The notes below the pieces were generated by a model, which was not told where the DNA came from, ran no database searches, and was given only the letters and a program-made list of their open reading frames with translations. Shown one piece after another: positions 59,573 to 64,000 of a stretch of 64,000 bases of DNA (position 1 is its first letter; each line of letters starts with the position of its first letter). The stretch comes from Candidatus Latescibacterota bacterium. Its GTDB lineage: Bacteria; Latescibacterota; UBA2968; UBA8231. The stretch spans positions 4,160,001-4,224,000 of the forward strand of contig OZ253462.1 of assembly GCA_965261395.1 (NCBI GenBank), read 5' to 3'. The position numbers were made by a program, and so were the translations under genes.

Positions 59573-61642
59573 ATGAATAAACTCGAACATGAAATAGGTG
59601 GGCGAAGTCTGTCGCTCGAAACGGGCAGAATCGCCAAACAAGCCAATGGGGCCGTGTGGCTGCAATACGGGGAGACCGTAGTGCTCGTAACGGCCTGTCG
59701 GACCAACACCCCGGAGGATCGGGGCTTTTTGCCCTTGATCGTCGATTACCGGGAAAAGGCCTACGCTGGCGGCAAGATACCGGGCAACATCTTCAAGCGC
59801 GAAGGGCGTCCTTCCGAAAAGGAGACCCTGAGTGCTCGGTTAATAGATCACCCCATCCGGCCGATGTTTCCCAAGAAGTTTCCCTATGAAATCCAAGTCT
59901 ATGTTACGGTGTTTTCGTACGACGGAGAAAACGACGCCGATGTCTTGGGTTTAATTGGGGCCTCGGCGTCTCTGAGCATCTCCGACATTCCCTTTGCTGG
60001 TCCCATGGGGGCCGTGCGGGTCGGGCGGATCAACGGCGAGTTCGTCGCCAATCCGACCCTCTCCGAGTTAGATGATTCCGATCTCGAAATCATAGTCTGT
60101 GGTACAGCCGATTCCATCGTTAGCGTCGAAGGGGGTGCCCACGAGATTGCCGAGCAAGATCTGGTGGATGCGTTGGCCTTTGGCCACGAGCGCATCGCCG
60201 AGTTGGTCGAGCTACAGGAGCGGCTCGTCGCCGAAGTTGGCAAGGAGAAGATTGCCCTCCAGATCGAGGAAGCCGATCCCGAACTGGTTCGTGCTGTGGC
60301 CGAGCTGGCGCAAGAGCGGATCTCGGAGGCCAACAGAAACCCGCTCAAGGAAGAGCGGCAAGAGCGCATTGATGCGATTAATGCCGATGTCTTGGAGGGC
60401 TTGGCCGAGCGCTTCCCAGACGCTGAAAAACTAATAAAGGCTGAGCTGGAGGCACTGCTCAAGGCCGACATGCGCACCATGATTCTCCAGGAGAAGCGGC
60501 GCATCGACGGCCGCGCGCTTGACGCGGTGCGCGACGTCACCTGCGAAAGCACCGTGCTGCCGCGCACGCACGGCTCGGCGCTGTTTACCCGCGGGCAGAC
60601 GCAGGCGCTGTGCGTGGCGACGTTGGGTACCAAGCTCGATGAGCGTATGGCCGACGACCTGCAGGGCAAGCGGTTTAAGTCCTATTACTTGGATTACAAC
60701 TTCCCCCCGTACTCGGTCGGCGAAGTGCGATTTGAGCGCGGTCCGGGGCGGCGGGACATCGGCCATGGGCACTTGGCTGAGCGCGCCCTAGAGCCGATCA
60801 TTCCATCGGTCGAGTCCTTTCCCTACACGATTCGGTTGGTGTCTGATATTACCGAGTCGAGCAGCTCTAGCTCCATGGCCACGGTGTGTGGCTGCTCCCT
60901 CGCCTTGATGGACGCTGGAATTCCCGTCAAAACCTCGGTGTGCGGCACGGGCGTGGGCTTAGTCAAGGAAGGGGAAGAGTACGAGCTGCTGACCGACATC
61001 CGCGACGCCGAAGATTTTCTCGGCGACATGGACCTCAAGGTTGCCGGCACTAAGGACGGAATTACCGCGATCCAGATGGACATCAAGATCCAAGGCTTGC
61101 AGCTACACATTTTCAAGGAGGCCCTCGACCGCGCCAAAGAGGGCCGCGACAAGGTCTTGGCCATTATGGACGAATGCCTGAGCGAGGCGCGGTCCGAGTT
61201 GTCGCGCTGGGCACCGCGCATTGAGTTTATCAAGATCGACCAGAGCAAAATTGGCGCAGTCATCGGCCCGGGTGGCAAGACGATCCGCGAAATCGAAAAG
61301 ACCGGTGCCACGGTCAACGTCGACGAGGACGGCACGATTACCATTGCCTCGGTTGAAGCCGGCCCAGCCAAAGAAGCGCGGCGCATGATTGAGGGAATCA
61401 CCGCCGACGCCGAGGTCGGCAAAGAGTACGACGGGGTGGTCAAGCGGATCATGCCCTTTGGGGCCTTCGTCGAGATTCTGCCCGGCAAGGAGGGCCTGTT
61501 GCACATCTCCGAGCTGGCGCATCGGCGTGTGGACAAGGTCGAGGACGTCGTTGGACAAGGGGACAAAATCGCCGTCAAAGTCCTCGAAATCGACACCGGC
61601 GGCAAGATGCGGCTCAGCCATAAGGCCCTGCTGAAGAAGTAA
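59573..61642 (+). CDS. pnp: Polyribonucleotide nucleotidyltransferase
   Basis: ETGRIAKQA.G, HGSALFTRGQTQ, GDMDLKVAGT, KH and S1 domains. Confidence 0.97.
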   Translation: MNKLEHEIGGRSLSLETGRIAKQANGAVWLQYGETVVLVTACRTNTPEDRGFLPLIVDYREKAYAGGKIPGNIFKREGRPSEKETLSARLIDHPIRPMFPKKFPYEIQVYVTVFSYDGENDADVLGLIGASASLSISDIPFAGPMGAVRVGRINGEFVANPTLSELDDSDLEIIVCGTADSIVSVEGGAHEIAEQDLVDALAFGHERIAELVELQERLVAEVGKEKIALQIEEADPELVRAVAELAQERISEANRNPLKEERQERIDAINADVLEGLAERFPDAEKLIKAELEALLKADMRTMILQEKRRIDGRALDAVRDVTCESTVLPRTHGSALFTRGQTQALCVATLGTKLDERMADDLQGKRFKSYYLDYNFPPYSVGEVRFERGPGRRDIGHGHLAERALEPIIPSVESFPYTIRLVSDITESSSSSSMATVCGCSLALMDAGIPVKTSVCGTGVGLVKEGEEYELLTDIRDAEDFLGDMDLKVAGTKDGITAIQMDIKIQGLQLHIFKEALDRAKEGRDKVLAIMDECLSEARSELSRWAPRIEFIKIDQSKIGAVIGPGGKTIREIEKTGATVNVDEDGTITIASVEAGPAKEARRMIEGITADAEVGKEYDGVVKRIMPFGAFVEILPGKEGLLHISELAHRRVDKVEDVVGQGDKIAVKVLEIDTGGKMRLSHKALLKK

Positions 61643-61665
61643 GGACGGTCCTGAGCCACAGAATG

Positions 61666-61703
61666 AGAAGGCTATCGAGTCATCTCGATAGTCTTTTCTT
61701 ATT
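61666..61703 (+). terminator. Terminator after pnp
   Basis: AGAAGGCTATCGAG/CTCGATAGTCTTTT stem with T-rich tail. Confidence 0.75.
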
Positions 61704-61758
61704 ATATGAATAAGCAAATCGGCATCTTTCTTCTTGGACTTGCATAGGGATCTTTGAT

Positions 61759-63051
61759 ATGGAGTCGATTCAGGTGGTAGATATCGGCCGCTATGAGGGC
61801 CAAGAAGTGGTGCTGCGCGGTTGGTTGTACAACAAGCGATCGAGCGGCAAGCTGCATTTTCTGCAACTGCGCGACGGTAGCGGTGTAGTACAATGCGTTG
61901 TTTTTAAAGGGGATGTCGAAGCCGAGTTGTTCGAGCGCTGCAATCACTTGCCCCAAGAATCTTCGCTCGTAGTCCGCGGCCAAGTACGGCGGGAGGCGCG
62001 CTCACCCATCGGCTATGAAGTAGGAGTCCTCGACCTCGAAGTCGTGCAGGAGGCCGAGCCATACCCCATTACACCCAAGGAACACGGGGTATCCTTTCTC
62101 CTCGACCACCGCCACTTGTGGCTGCGGTCTATGCGGCCTGGGGCCATTCTCAAGATCCGCAGCGAAATTTGCAAGGCTTGCCGCGACTTTATGGAAGAGC
62201 GCGACTTTGTCCTCGTGGATGCGCCGATTTTTACGCCCGCGGCCTGTGAAGGAACCTCGACCCTGTTTGAGACCGCGTATTTCGACGACACGGCCTATTT
62301 GACTCAGAGCGGCCAGCTCTATATGGAAGCGGCTGCCATGGCCTTGGGCAAGGTCTATTGTTTTGGCCCGACGTTCCGAGCTGAAAAGTCCAAGACTCGT
62401 CGTCACCTGACCGAGTTCTGGATGATCGAGCCGGAGATGGCGTATTGCGATTTAGAGGGTGCCATGGCCTTGGCCGAGGACATGGTCCTGTACGTAATTG
62501 ACCGTGTGCTCGACCGCCGCTGCGAAGAGCTAAAGCTCCTCGACCGAGATACCGCCAAACTGGAACAGGTCAGCCGGCCCTTTCCGCGCATGACCTACGA
62601 TGGGGCCGTCGAGCGCTTGGCTGCCCTTGGCAGCGACATCGCATGGGGGAGTGATCTGGGTGGGGACGACGAAACCGTCCTCGCCTCCGAACTTGAATCG
62701 CCGGTTTTCGTCCACCGCTATCCCAGCGCGGTCAAAGCGTTCTACATGAAAGAAGATGCCCAAGACCGCCGCTTGGCCCTGTGCATGGACCTGTTGGCCC
62801 CCGAAGGGTACGGGGAAATCATCGGGGGTGGGCAACGCGAAGACGACCTCGCCGTTTTGCAGCACAAGATCGCCACACATCAGTTACCCCAAGAGGCCTT
62901 TAGCTGGTATCTCGACTTGCGGCGCTACGGTTCGGTAGAGCACGCCGGCTTTGGCATGGGGATTGAGCGGGTGGTCGCTTGGTTGTGCGGCCTCAAGCAC
63001 GTGCGTGAGACCATTCCATTTCCGCGCATGATGCAGCGCCTCTATCCATAA
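61759..63051 (+). CDS. asnS: Asparagine--tRNA ligase
   Basis: [49 protein letters not shown]. Confidence 0.96.
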   Translation: MESIQVVDIGRYEGQEVVLRGWLYNKRSSGKLHFLQLRDGSGVVQCVVFKGDVEAELFERCNHLPQESSLVVRGQVRREARSPIGYEVGVLDLEVVQEAEPYPITPKEHGVSFLLDHRHLWLRSMRPGAILKIRSEICKACRDFMEERDFVLVDAPIFTPAACEGTSTLFETAYFDDTAYLTQSGQLYMEAAAMALGKVYCFGPTFRAEKSKTRRHLTEFWMIEPEMAYCDLEGAMALAEDMVLYVIDRVLDRRCEELKLLDRDTAKLEQVSRPFPRMTYDGAVERLAALGSDIAWGSDLGGDDETVLASELESPVFVHRYPSAVKAFYMKEDAQDRRLALCMDLLAPEGYGEIIGGGQREDDLAVLQHKIATHQLPQEAFSWYLDLRRYGSVEHAGFGMGIERVVAWLCGLKHVRETIPFPRMMQRLYP

Positions 63052-63070
63052 ATGTCTTATAAGGATAATT

Positions 63071-64000
63071 ATGTCAACCGAAATAAAAAAAGGCCAATAC
63101 AACTTCCAAACCATCGAAGCCAAATGGAGATCCCGTTGGGAACAGGAGAAGACCTATCAAACGCTGGGACCGGGGGATCCAGGCTTCGATGGCAGCAAAC
63201 CCAAGTGCTACATCCTCGATATGTTTCCCTATCCAAGCGGTGCGGGGTTGCACATAGGCCATCCCAAAGGGTATATCGCCAGCGACATTTACAGCCGCTA
63301 CAAAAGGATGCAGGGATTTAACGTCCTGCATCCGATGGGGTTCGACAGTTTCGGGTTGCCGGCCGAGCAATACGCTATCGAACACAATATTCATCCAGCG
63401 ACCGTTACCGAGCAGAATATCGATGCGATGCGCGGCCAATTGCAGTTCCTCGGGCTGTCGTTTGACTGGGCCCGCGAAGTGGTTACGTCGCGGGCGTCGT
63501 ACTACCGCTGGACCCAGTGGATTTTCGCCCAGCTATTCGATAGCTATTTCGACGCAGGCGAGATTTGGGAAGACGGCAATGGACGCCAAATCAAGGGTCG
63601 GGCCAAGCCCATCGCCGACTTAGAGGCGCAATTTGCTGCTGGTAGGGCGTTGTCGGCAGCAGATCGCCAGATTCTTGGCACCGACGTGGCTTGGTCTGCA
63701 CTAACCGTGGCTGGGCGGCAAGCTGTGCTGAACAACTACCGGCTGGCGTACCAGCAAGAAGCCGTCGTCAACTGGTGCCCTGGCTTGGGCACTGTGTTGG
63801 CCAACGAGGAGGTAACCAACGAAGGCCGCAGCGAGCGAGGCGATTTCCCTGTGTATCGCAAACCGTTGCGGCAATGGACGATGCGCATAACATCCTACGC
63901 CGAGCGGCTCATAGAGGACTTGGACTTTGAACTGGAAGACCGCAACGGCGCACCCTTCCGGCTCGATTGGCCAGAGCCCATCAAGCGGATGCAGCGCAAT
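63071..64000 (+). CDS. leuS: Leucine--tRNA ligase (3'-truncated by window edge; not in ORF track)
   Basis: [58 protein letters not shown]. Confidence 0.96.
   Translation, partial: MSTEIKKGQYNFQTIEAKWRSRWEQEKTYQTLGPGDPGFDGSKPKCYILDMFPYPSGAGLHIGHPKGYIASDIYSRYKRMQGFNVLHPMGFDSFGLPAEQYAIEHNIHPATVTEQNIDAMRGQLQFLGLSFDWAREVVTSRASYYRWTQWIFAQLFDSYFDAGEIWEDGNGRQIKGRAKPIADLEAQFAAGRALSAADRQILGTDVAWSALTVAGRQAVLNNYRLAYQQEAVVNWCPGLGTVLANEEVTNEGRSERGDFPVYRKPLRQWTMRITSYAERLIEDLDFELEDRNGAPFRLDWPEPIKRMQRN

Overview
64 kb of a roughly 60% GC bacterial chromosome. FlgD/T9SS-CTD-like, dockerin and WGRIK-tailed exported proteins suggest an FCB-related lineage such as Ca. Latescibacterota, possibly host-associated; this is inference. 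Most of the window is housekeeping genes: rph, a sigma70, hisN, holA, trxA, clpX/clpP, epmA, coaE-gcvT-gcvP-gmd, hemL, murQ, valS, rqcH, miaA, tRNA-Gly(CCC), der, the rimP-nusA-infB-rbfA-truB-rpsO-pnp operon, asnS and partial leuS. A complete ISAba1-like IS4 element (1777-2942) sits in a ribosome-binding site. The standout is an accessory locus at about 28.4-39.5 kb. An XRE regulator points away from an array of two paralogous secreted proteins ending in SSWGRIKxTFAD, interleaved with three modular secreted proteins. Each of the three has a nested CarboxypepD/FlgD-Ig N-terminus, dockerin in two of three, PD40 repeats, a swappable spacer and a non-catalytic FGE/CLec C-terminal domain whose last ~150 bp look like DGR variable regions. 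The locus also holds an orphan copy of that 3' end, a MITE with dRS3-like palindromes, and a covarying hairpin. No reverse transcriptase or template repeat is in the window. Other notable items: ribF reduced to its kinase half with an archaeal-type RibL elsewhere, an apparent ATT start for rimP, an OB-fold-bearing EpmA alongside YmfF/YmfH, and an Ig-like insertion in an AI-2E transporter.
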